Below are positions 25,760 through 37,718 of a stretch of DNA of 64,000 bases, in pieces. This DNA is from Malacoraja senta (lineage: Eukaryota): positions 496,001-560,000 of the forward strand of contig CM076002.1 in the NCBI GenBank assembly GCA_038087875.1, given 5' to 3'. How positions within the stretch are numbered: the stretch's first letter is position 1; each line of letters opens with the position of its first letter. A program made the position numbers and the translations under genes. Under the pieces are notes generated by a model. The model saw nothing but the letters and a program-made list of their open reading frames with translations. It made no database searches and had not been told where the DNA came from.

Positions 25760-26358
25760 TCTAGAAATCTAACTATAAGTTTCATCTTGTATATATGTAT
25801 GTATGTTCCTGAAATACAGCCAAAACGGTACAATTTTAGGGGCGCCTTACTCACCATTCGCCTGGTGTGCTGTATCAAGTTTTGTTCGATTTAACAAAGT
25901 AATTCCCTTAATAAACTTTAATTTTATTTTTTTATCTCATACTTCCATGTTTACTTGACAGGCATCACATAGGGCACCCAATGGGTCCACAGCTGGGGTT
26001 GGGGGAGGGTTGCCTTTGGCGATTTTCAGATCGCCATTTTTATCTCATACTTACGTGTGCACTTCATTGGCCTCACAACGGGGACCCAATGGGTTTTGCT
26101 CTATTTTATAAACGGCTCCATGGGTCATCTATTCGCTTTATAAATTTTAATTGACTTTCTACCGTCAATCGCACAAGTTTAAACGCGGCAGTCGCGCCTG
26201 CGCAGTGTGCTCCCACTTGCTGGGTCCGTCAGCCACACCTGCGCAGTTGGGGGAGGATTGACGAGCCCGGTATCCACGCGTGAGCAGTTGGGGGAGGTTT
26301 GCTGGGTGTACTTCATTGCTGTCACAACGGGGACCCAACGGGTCCACAGGTCATCTAG
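25760..26358 (+). mobile_element. Non-autonomous Helitron
   Basis: 5' TC, 3' CTAG, subterminal hairpin GGACCC-AAC-GGGTCC (26331-26345). Inserted between A and T with no TSD; the empty site is at 14417/14418. Confidence 0.85.
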
Positions 26359-27569
26359 TGGGCTCTAAAATTTTACCAATCACTGACGTAAGGCTACCAG
26401 CCTATAGTTTCCCTTCTCCTGCTGCGCTTCCTTGAGGCATTATGGTTATTCCAGCACTTTGTGTCAACGTTTACCTGCCAATAGCTGCTTCATGTCTATG
26501 ATATTATGTTTGCTTGGTCCTGTCTAAATATTTCATTACAGAACATACATAAATCTAGTACGGGAATAGTCCAGCATTTGGAATTAGCCTTCCCTCAACT
26601 CAGACTATCCTTATATGTTCCCACAACTACTTAGAAACTTACTCAGATACAGCCACTAATGCCAAAGTGGTCATCAACTGACACTTCACCCATTTATCTG
26701 ACCATTCCCATAGGACTACGCCCAGCATGGCCCCATCCATAGGTGGACTATCTATCTTCTGGCACAAAATGCTTTCTTAGATTTACTTTAAAAACTCTAC
26801 TTTCTGTAATCCTATCTCATGAAGATGATCCCACAATACTGGGGAAATTCAAATCCCCTGTTATTCCAATGCAATTTCTCTTTGCAATTTGCATTGATAT
26901 TTGCTCCTCTATCTTCCGCTAACTGTTGGGAATCTAATTGCCTCCTTTCTTAACCTCTACCCATTCTGTTGCATTTGAAGTGTCTGCTAAATCATCCTCC
27001 CTCATTAGTGCAATGATGATGTCCTTCACAAATAATGTAATGCTCTCTCCTCTTTTACACTGTCCCTGTCATGCCTGGAGCCTCTATATCTTTTAACATT
27101 GAGTTACTAGTCTTTCAACTCAGTGATTGCAAAAATACCATATACCCACATGCTGATCAGTGCTAAGTTCATCTGCTTTACTGGTCAGAATCTTTACAAC
27201 AAAATAGATGCAATGTGACCTTCTCATCATACCATGTACAACATCATGCCCATGTCTGTTCCACCTAATGACTGACCTAATGTTTCTACAATTAACTGAT
27301 ACTTACCCTCAATCGCACATCTAGTCTAAATCCCATTATCCCCGACCAAATTAGTTTCATCACTTCCCAACAATAGGGGTAAAACTGCCAGCAAGGATAT
27401 TGGACCTTGCCCCATTCAGGTGCAAACTGACCTGCTTGTATAGGCTGCACCCACTCCAGAAATGTCTATGCACCAACATCCAAAGCCCTCCCTCCTACAC
27501 CATCCCTTTGGCCACACATTCATCTGGCCTATCTTTGTATTCCTACATTCAGGATCATGTGACACCAGA

Positions 27570-28975
27570 AACAATAGACAATTGACAATAGGTGCAGGAA
27601 TAGGCCATTCGGCCCTTCGAGCCAGCAACGCCATTCAATGAGATCATGGCTTATCATCCCCAATCAGTACCCCGTTCTTGCCTTCTCCCCATATCCCCTG
27701 ACTCCGCTATCTTTAAGAGCCCTATCTAGCTCTCTTTTGAAAGTATCCAGAGAATCGGCCTCCACCGCCATCTGAGGCAGAGAATTCCACAGACTCACAA
27801 CTCTTTGTGAGAAAAGGTATTTCCTCATCTCCGTTCTAAATGGCTTACCCCTTATTCTTAAACTGTGGCCCCTGGTACTGGACTCCCCCAACATCGGGAA
27901 CGTGTTTCTTGCCTTTATCGTGTCTAAACCTTTAACAATCTTATGTTTCAATAAGATCCCCTCTCATCCCTATAAACTCCAGAGTGTACAAGCCCAGCCG
28001 CTCCATTCTCTCAGCATATGACAGTCCCGCCATCCCGGGAATTAGCCTTGTAAACCTACGCTGCACTCCCTCAATAGCAAGAATGTACTTCCTCAAATTA
28101 AGGGACCAAAACTGCACACAATACTCCAGGTCTGGTCTCACTAGGGCCCTGTACAACTGCAGAAGGATCTCTTTGCTCCTATACTCAACTCCTATTGTTA
28201 TAAAGGCCAACATGCCATTCGCTTTCTTCACTGCCTGCATTACCGAAATGCTAACTTTCATAGGACCCCCCAGATCCCGTTGAACTTCCTCTTTTCACAA
28301 CTTGATGCTATTTAGATAGTAATCTGCCTTCCTGTTTTTGATACCAAAGTTGATAACATCACATTTATCCACATTAAACTTCATCGGCCATGCCTCTGCC
28401 CACTTCCCCAACCTGTCCAAGTCACCCTGCATTCTCATAGCATCCTCCTCACAGTTCACACTGCCACCCAGCTTTGTGTCATCTGCAAATTTGCTAATGT
28501 TACTTTGAATCCCTTCATCCAAATCATTGATGTATATTGTAAATAGCTGCGGTCCCAGCACCGAGCCTTCCGGTACCCCACTAGTCACTGCCTGCCATTC
28601 TGAAAGGGAGCCGTTAATCCATAATCATTGTTTCCTGTCTGCCAACCACTTGTCTATCCATGTCAGCAATCTACCCCCAATACCATGTGCCCTAATTTTG
28701 CCCACTAATCTCCTATGTGGGACCTTATCAAATGCTTTCTGAAAGTCCAGGTACACTACATCCACTGGCTCTCCCTTGTCCATTTTCCTAGTTACATCTT
28801 CAAAAAATTCCAGAAGATTAGTCAAGCATGATTTCCCCTTCGTAAATCCATGCTGACTCGGATCGATCCTGTTACTGCTATCCAAATGTTCGGCTATCTC
28901 ATCTTTTATAATTGACTCCAGCATCTTCCCCACCACCGATGTCAGGCTAACTGGTGTAAAATTACCTGTTTTCCT
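27570..28975 (-). mobile_element. CR1 LINE, 3' half
   Basis: RT ORFs 28625-28936, 28295-28588 (KFADD) and 27941-28261; (ACAATAG)n-like tail at ~27570-27590. Confidence 0.92.
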
Positions 28976-28985
28976 TCGTCCAGAT

Positions 28986-29965
28986 TATATTAATGATCTG
29001 GACGAGGGAATTGAATGCAACATCTCCAAGTTTGCAGATGACACGAAGCTGGGGGCAGTGTTAGCTGTGAGGAGGATGCTAGGAAGCTGCAAGGTGCCTT
29101 GGATGGGTTGGGTGAGTGGGCAAATGCATGGCAGATGCAGTATAGTGTGGATAAATGTGAGGTTATCCACATTGGTGGCAAAAACAGGAAAGTAGACTAT
29201 TATCTGGATGGTGGCTGATTAGGAAAAGGGGAGATGCAACGAGACCTGGGTGTCATGGTACACCAGTTATTGAAAGTAGGCATGCAGGTGCAGCAGGCAG
29301 TGAAGAAAGCGAATGGTATGTTAGCATTCATAGCAAAAGGATTTGAGTATAGGAGCAGGGAGGTTCTACTGCAGTTGTACAGGGTCTTGGTGAGACCACA
29401 CCTGGAGTATTGCGTACAGTTTTGGTCTCCTAATCTGAGGAAAGACATTCTTGCCATAGAGGGAGTACAGAGAAGGTTCACCAGACTGATTCCTGGGATG
29501 TCAGGACTTTCATATGAAGAAAGACCGGATAGACTCGGCTTGTACTCGCGAGAATTTAAAAGATTGAGGGAGGATCTTATAGAAACTTACAAAATTCTCA
29601 AGGGGTTGGACAGGCTAGATGCAGGAAGATTGTTCCCAATGTTGGGGAAGTCCAGAACAAGGGGTCACAGTTTAAGGATAAGGGGGAAGTCTTTTAGGAC
29701 CGAGATGAGAATAACATTTTTCACACAGAGAGTGGTGAATCTGTGGAATTCTCTGCCACAGAAGGTAGTTGAGGCCAGTTCATTGGCTATATTTAAGAGG
29801 GAGTTAGATGTGGCCCTTGTGGCTAAAGGGATCAGGGGGTATGGAGAGAAGGCAGGTACAGGATACTGCGTTGGATGATCAGCCATGATCATATTGAATG
29901 GCGGTGCATGCTCGAAGGGCCGAATGGCCCACTCCTGCACCTATTTTTTATGTTTCTATGTTTCT
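28986..29965 (+). mobile_element. 5'-truncated CR1 (same subfamily as 55456-58698)
   Basis: ORF 29234-29878 and (TTTCTATG)n tail. Confidence 0.92.
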
Positions 29966-32305
29966 AAATGGCCTTCCCCTTATTCTTAAACTGTGGGCCC
30001 TGGTTCTGGACTCCCCCACCATCAGGAAAATGTTCCTGCCTTTAGTGTGTCCACTCCCTTAATAATCTTATACGTTTCAATAAGATACCCTCTCATCCTT
30101 CTAAATTCCAGTGTATACAAACCCCGTCGCTCCATTACTTCAACATATGACAGTCCCGCCATCCCGGGAATTAATCTCGTGAACCTATGCTGCACTCCCT
30201 CAAGACCAAGAGTGTCCTTCTATGCATCTGCCCACTCACCCAACTTGTCCAAGATGCTGCATCCTCATAGCATCATCCTCACAGTTCACACTGCCACCCA
30301 GCATTGTGTCATCTGCAAATTTGCAAATGTTACTTTGAATCCCTTCATCTAAATCAGTGATATATATTGTAAATAGCTGCTGTCCCAGCACCGAGCCTTG
30401 CGGTATCCCACTATTCACTGCCTGCCGTTCCGAACGGGACCCGTTAATCCCTATTCTTTATTTCAGTACCCTACCCCTAATAACATGTGCTCTAATTTTG
30501 CCCACTAATCTCCTACGTGGGACCTTATGAAACGCTTTCTGAAAGTCCAGGTACACTACATCCACTGGCTCTCCCTTGTCCATTTTCCTAGTTATATCCT
30601 CAAAAAGTTCCAGAAGATTAGTCAAGCATGATTTCCCCTTCGTAAATCCATGCTGACTCGGACCGATCCTGTTACTGCTATCCAAATGTGCCACTATTTC
30701 ATCTTTTATAATTGACTCCAGCATCTTCCCCACCACTGATGTCAGGCTAACTGGTCTATAATTCCCTGTTTTCTCTCTCCCTCCTTTCTTAAAAAGTGGG
30801 ATAACATTAGCTACCATCCAATCCACAGGAACCGATCCTGAATCTACAGAACATTGGAAAATGATCACCAATGCATCCACGATTTCCAGAGCCACTTTTT
30901 TAAGTACCCTGGGATGCAGACCATCAGGCCCTGGGGATTTATTAGGCTTCAGTTCCATCATTCTACCCAACACCATTTCCTGCCTAATGTGAATTTCCTT
31001 CATTTCCTCCATCTCCTTATGTCCTCTGACCACTAGTACATCTGGGAGATTGTTTGCGTCTCCCATAGTGAAGCCAGATCCAAAGTACCTGTTCAACTCG
31101 TCTGTCATTTCTTTGTTCCCCCATAATAAATTCACCTCTTTCTGTCAAGGGACCCACATTTGTCTTAACTAATTTTTTTCTCTTCACCTACCTAAAGAAG
31201 CATTTACTATCCTCCTTCATATTCTTGGCTAGCTTACCTTCGTACGTCAGCTTTTCTCCCCGTATTGCCTTTTTAGTTAGATTCTGTTGCTCTTTAAAAT
31301 TTACCCAATCCTCTGGTTTTCCGCTTATCTTTCCTATATTATACTTCTTCTCTTTTATTTTTACACTGTCCTTGACTTTCTTCCTCGTTGGAATGAACTG
31401 ATCCTGCACCTTCTGTATTATTCCCAGAAATACCTGCCATTGCTGTTCTACTGTCATTCCTGCAAGGGTCTCTTTCCAGTCAACTTTGGCCAGCTCCTCC
31501 CTCATGCCTCCATAGTCTCCTTTGCTCACCTGTAATACTGACACTTCCGATATTCCCTACTCCCTCTCAAATTAGATTAATACTTATCATATTATGGTCA
31601 CTACCTCCTAATGGCTCCTTTACCTTGAGTTTCCTTATCAAATCTGGTTCATTACACAACATTAAATCCAGAATTGCAATCTCCCTGGTAGGCTTCAGTA
31701 CGAGCTGTTCCAAGAATCCATCTCGGATGCACTCCCCAAACTCCCTTCCTTGGGGTCCAGTACCAACCTGATTTTCCCAGTCTACCTGCATGTTGAAATT
31801 TCCCATAACCACCGTAGCATTACCTTTGCTACCTTGATTCAACTTGCACCCTATATCCAGGCTACTGTTTGGGGGCTGTAGATAACTCCCAATAGGGTAT
31901 TTTTACCCTTACAATTACTCAGTTCTATCCATACTGACTACATCTCCTGATTCTATGTCACCCCTCGCAAGGGATTGAATTTCATTCCCCACCAACAGAG
32001 CTACCCCACCCTGTCTGTCTTTTCAATAGGACGTATACCCCTGCATATTCAGCTCCCAGCCCTGGTCCTCTTGCAGCCATGTCTCTGTAATTCCCACAAC
32101 ATCATACTTGCCAGTTTCTAATCGAGCCTCAAGCCATCCACTCTGTTTCTTACACTTTGCACATTAGAAACATAGACATAGAAAATAGGTGCAGGAAGAG
32201 GCCATTTGGCCCTTCGGGCCAGCACCGCCAGTTATACAAGGCTTTAACTTCGGTATTCACATCCCATCTCACACTGGTCACTTTTGGCCCTGACCTTATT
32301 CTCTT
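29966..32305 (-). mobile_element. CR1 LINE with internal deletions (EN and RT fragments)
   Basis: ORFs 31567-31842 (MGNFN, GGSDH), 31188-31544 and 30458-31135 (PGPDG, NYRPVSL). Confidence 0.9.
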
Positions 32306-32337
32306 ATGAGAGTAAGGTCAGGACCAATAGTCTGGCC

Positions 32338-32738
32338 ACTAGGGGTGCCGCATGATGGCAGCCTCTGCCTACAGTCTGTCTGTTTTTCTATCTTTTTAAA
32401 ATTTTAGTTTGTTTAAAAGTATGTTTTGGAGGATTTTTTAAAAGTATTTCTATGTGGGGGAGGGGGATAGGGTAAGGGGGAAACCGTTTCCCAGTCACTT
32501 CCTGGTGAGGATGCGACTATTCTCCGAGTCCCGTCCTTGCCCCCCTCCTCACGCCCTACCAGCTGGACTGGCGTGGTCTTTCCTGCCGGGGACCGGACCA
32601 GAGCTTCAGCAGTGGCGCAGCGCTGGATACATCGCGGAGCGGGCAATGCCTTACCTGGGATCGCCGTTTGAAGGTCCGGAGTGTTGGGCCTGCTGCTTCA
32701 ACATCGCGGAGCTGTGGTTGCGGAGCTGTGGTTGCGGG
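32338..32738 (+). mobile_element. GC-rich non-autonomous retroposon, copy B (3'-truncated, abuts env)
   Basis: Same 5' start as copy A (ACTAGGGG.GCCGCAT...GGCAGCCTCTGCCTACAGTCTG). Confidence 0.82.
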
Positions 32739-33275
32739 TAGTGAAACAGGGTGGCAGTGAAACAGGGCGGTTAGGCCTGGGCATATATTGGGCCAACTGA
32801 TTCGAGTTTGATTGATTACATGTCCAAACTGTACCGCAACTACCTGGGAAACTTCCTACTGGGCGTGAGCCATTCACCGCACGGTAGCACTCATACTGTT
32901 TTGCAGTTACAATTTCTATCTCTGACGGTGGTTCAGGATAGGGTTCTCTGACTCGTGTGAAATTCCATAGTGTGCATCTGTTTACTGGAACCGTCCTGTG
33001 TGTTGATCCTGCTGCGTTTGGACAATGTACTGGACATTGAGGCATAACTACCCAGTGTGCTATACTTTGCAAGAAATCTGCACAATGTGTATAGTTATGA
33101 GCCTCTGGTACAGCCAATGTTTTTCCTGCGGCCTTAGTGCATATTATGCATTGTGGTACTTTCAATGTCTGTGCCGTATATTGTGCCCACTTATACCAAT
33201 CATATGTGGCCGCTCTGGACCATTCGGCTGAGCTATTGTCATTCCCTGTCCCAAGGTCTCTAAGGCCTCGCAACT
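32739..33275 (-). pseudogene. env: ERV env SU fragment
   Basis: WYKWAQYTAQ...CIIC (CxxC), Cys-rich, N-glycosylation sequons (NSS, NYT, NFT, NGS, NQS). Same strand as, and downstream of, the ERV pol and env signal peptide. Confidence 0.7.
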
Positions 33276-33279
33276 ACCT

Positions 33280-36200
33280 AAGTGTTTATTCCAACTTTCC
33301 TTTGAAATTTTAATAGCTAACTCTTGTTCCCAGTCTCTTCTGATACCCTCCGTAGATGGTATTTCTACATTTAAGATAATATTATACAAATATGATATTA
33401 AGTTTGCTGATTCAGCTTTTATCTGCATTGCCTCATCCAATACATCTGCTGGGTTATTATAATGATCGTTTGTATATTTTTTCAAATAGTCGCATATTTG
33501 AAAATATTTAAAATATTGATTATTTCCGAGTTTATATTTTGTTTGTAATTGTTGAAGTGAAAGTAATTTTCCAGTTTCATACAAGTCACCGAACATTTTA
33601 ATTCCTATTCTATCCCAATGTGTAAAAGCTTTATCTATAATAGAGGGATTAAACGAAGGGTTATTAACTATGGGTGATAAAAGTGATAAATTTCTTAATT
33701 TTATATTTTGTTTTATTTGTTTCCAAATTCAGATTGTGCTATGCATAATTGGGTTCTTATTATAATTTATATTATTCAGTTTCATTGGAGAGAGGAGGAT
33801 CGCTCCAATGTTTCCAGAGGAGCAATCCTCTTTCTCCATTACAATCCAGTCCACTTGCTGGGCGGAGTTATCCATCAGTTGAATCATATTTTTAATATTT
33901 ACTGACCAATAATAATACATAAAATTAGGTAGTGCTAAACCCCCTAATACTTTAGGTTTATTCAGGTGAGTTTTTTGTATTCTATGTGATTTATAGTCCC
34001 ATATAAAATTAGTGATATCTGAGTCGAGTTTAAAAAAAAACTTCTTTGGTAAGTATATAGGAATCGATTGAAATAGGTATAAAATTTGTGGTAAAAAGAT
34101 CATTTTTATTGCATTTATTCGGCCAATTAAAGACATCGGGAGCGTTTTCCAGAATTTAATTAGTGTGTTTAATTTATTAAGTAGGGGTTCAAAATTTGCC
34201 TTAAACATACTTTGATATGTTCTAGTAATTTCGATTCCCAAGTAGTTAAATTTTTCTGTAGCTATTTTAAAAGGGAATTTTAAAAGATGTGTTGAATCTT
34301 TCGGTTTTATTGACATAATTTCACTTTTATTCCAATTTTTTCCATATCCAGAAAAAGATCCAAAGTCTTCAATTAAATTTAATATATTTGGTATAGTGAT
34401 TTGAGGTTTTGTAATGTACAGTAATATATCATCCGCGTATAAAGATATTTTATCATATGAATCTTTAGTATTATATCCATGGATATCAGGGTGTATTCTA
34501 ATTTTTTCTGCTAGCGGTTCAATAATGAGAGCAAACAGCTGTGGTGATAATGAGCATCGTTGTCTATTTCCCCTTGATAGTTGGAATTTCGAGGATAATA
34601 TGTTATTAGTTAATATTCTAGCTGTAGGTTTATTATATAATAATTTGATTCATAGAATAAAATTCTCTCCCAGTTGGAATTTTTGTAATACTTTATCCAT
34701 ATAATTCCATTCTACTTGGTCAAATGCTTTTTCAGCATCCAGCGAAATAATTGATAATTCTTGATCTTCAGATTTGTGTGAGTGCATTATGTTGAGTAAA
34801 CGTCTCATATTGTTAGATGAGTATCTCTTAGGGATAAACCCCGTCTGATCTGGGTTTATTAATTTACTAATGTATTTACTTAATCTTCTAGCTAATGTTT
34901 TCGCTAATATTTTTTGATCTGTGTTTAACAATGCTATAGCTCTATATGAACCCGGTTCTTCTAAATCTTTGTCTTTCTTAGGTATTAATGTAATCGTTGA
35001 TTCCGCTAATGTATCAGGTAGTATTCGTTTTTTAAAAGCATATTGGTACATTTTTTGTAATCTTGGTATTATTTTATCATAAAAGCTTTTATAAAATTCA
35101 TTAGTAAATCCATCAGGACCTGGTGTTTTTCCATTCTTTAGTGAGTTTATTGTATCTTCTAATTCCTTAATTGAAATTTGTGCTCCCAATTCCTCTTGTT
35201 CCTTCAGCTCTAACTTTGGAAGATTACAATTATCCAAAAACTTTGTGATATTATTGGAATCAATTGTCGTTTTAGATGTATACAAATTCTCATAAAATTG
35301 CGCAAATCTTTTATTAATATCCTTCGGTGTTGTTAATAATTCCCCTTTATCTGATTTAATCTTTGGGATAGTATGTTCCTTTTCTCGTTTTTTTAGCTGT
35401 CGAGCCAAAAGTTTATGCGGTTTATCCCCAAATTCAAAGTGCTCTTGTTTTGTAATTTGAAAAAGTCTTATAAGTTTGGCAGATAATAATTTATTTAATT
35501 TAAATTTCAAAATTATTATTTTATTATGTTTATCTATTGATGGATCTTTAGCATTATCTATATCCATTTGTCTAATAAGTTCTTCTAACTGTCTTTGTTC
35601 ATTCTTATTCCTTTTATTTTGAAAAGCTTGATATGAAATTATAATACCCCTAATGTATGCTTTAAAAGATTCCCATAATACAGTAGACAATATATCTGGA
35701 GTATCATTTATTTGAAAAAAGGCATCCATTTGTTCTTTTAAATATATACTCGCTTGTGGATCTTTTAGAATTTGAGAATTAAATCTCCAAAACGATTTAT
35801 TCTTAAACATTCCTTCCAGTTTTAAAAAGAAAGTTAGTGGAGAATGGTCTGAAATCGAATTTGTATGGTATGTTGGGTTAAATGTTTGAGGGATTAATTT
35901 TGTATCCAGCAGGAAGTAATCTATATGTGAGTATGTCTTGTGTACCATTGAATAAAACGAGTATTCCCTGCCAGTTGGATTAACAATTCTCCAAACATCT
36001 GCTATATTAGTATTGTTTATATAAGTATTGAGAAGTTCCCCAGTTTTCGATTTCATATTCCCTCTCTGTTTTTGGCTTGATTTATCTAAGTACGGATCTA
36101 AAACACAATTAAAGTCTCCTCCCATTATAACATTTTGATAGTTAAACTCTGCAATTATGTTGAAAATGTTATTGAAAAAGTGGGGGTTGTCAAAGTTAGG

Positions 36201-37718
36201 GGCATATATATTTACCAAGGTAAGTGGAGTATCATGAATTTCTCCATTAACTATTAAGTATCTCCCTTCTATATCTGTTATGATATTCTTTGCTTTAAAT
36301 GGTATACCTTTTCTTATAATGATTGACGTACCTCTAGATTTCGAAGTGAATGAAGAATGGTATGTTTGACCTATCCATTTCGCCCTCAACCTAGCTTGAT
36401 CCTGAGATTTTAAATGTGTTTCTTGTAAGAAGATAATGTCAGAGTTGTACAGTTTCAGCTGAGCTAGTATCTTACCCCTTTTAATAGGTTCGTTAATACC
36501 TCTTATATTCCAACTACAAAATGAGATTCCTCCTAGGTTATTTTGTTTAGTATCATGCATTTTGAATAATTATAGTACCTTTAAATCTTGTGGTGCATCC
36601 ATATCCCAGGTCTTTGGGTATTGGGGGAACTTTTGAATTTCTAAGTTTTGTTGGTATATCCATTTTACGCTTATCACTAATCACAAAGCACAAACATGTG
36701 AGTTTATGTGGTAATAAAAAAAAAACTAAAAAAGTGAAAATACAGTGTCTAATATAGTCGGCACTGTAGCGAGTGTCCCACCTGTAGGTGGGAAAAAACC
36801 TTGTTTCGACTTCCATTGTGATGCTAAACAAATAGCTCCGCTCTCTTGGTTGATCATAACATATTAAAATATTAAAACGGGGCCTCACATTCAGATATAT
36901 AATACAATTTTACCCTATATATTTCATTATAACATATCATATATATATCGCAATTTTAGCTACTAATTATTAAACAGATACTTTTGACTTCAATAAGAAT
37001 CAACTGTTGGTTGAAGGGGTTAACGAGACGTGCCCCTGGACCTAAGCCAGGTGCTCGTTTCTCATCCCCTCCTCCCACTTATAGATAAGGTTTCAATTTA
37101 TTAAAAATTCATATTAGTATGTTAGTTCATTATTTTTTATTTTTATTTTTATTTTTATTTTTGTTAGTATTCTAATCTAACATGAATAACTTGTTAAGTT
37201 ATTAATAGGATAAATTCTTACAATTGGTTTTAATATTATAATCTAATAAACAAGTAAATGCTTCTGGTATATACCATTCCCGTCTGTTCAGCTGTTTACT
37301 CATTTTGCACAGAAAGTGTCCTTGATTCAACATTCCAAAGATAACAGTCTAGCTATCCCCAGACAAAGCATTGCTTAGAATGGTTCAGATCTGCCAAACC
37401 CCCATTTGATTTCTATTTTTCAACGATAGTTTGGGCATATTTGAACGCGTCTTCAAGCTTAACAAATGACTTTTCAGAACCCTTGAAGGAAATACGCATT
37501 TTCGCTGGATAAAAAACTCCGTATCTGATCCCTTCTTTCCCTCTTAAAAGATCCTTAACCTTCTCGAATTTGTTTCTTTTTTGCACAATTTCATACGGGT
37601 AGTCCCTGAATATCTTGATAGTGTCATTGTCCAGCCGCAGTTGCACACCGAGTTTGATTTTGCTCATAACATCTTCCAGTTCTAAAATATCCCGAAATTT
37701 CACAATAATATGTCGTGG
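33280..37718 (-). mobile_element. L1 LINE #3, truncated at both ends
   Basis: ORF1 CTD (RHIIVKF..RDYP..YPAK), spacer, ORF2 34650-36560 and downstream fragments. No 3' UTR, poly(A) or TSD seen. Confidence 0.93.
34650..36560 (-). pseudogene. L1 ORF2 N-terminal 636 aa (EN and start of RT), then premature stop
   Basis: SWNIRG, QETH, NIYAPN, GGDFN, SDHSP, PGPDG and LDAEKAFD motifs. Confidence 0.93.

Noticed and set aside
26400..26835. Unassigned sequence as possible host exon (also ~13672-13890)
   Set aside because: No convincing ORF, splice pair or motif; probably decayed repeat, left uncalled.
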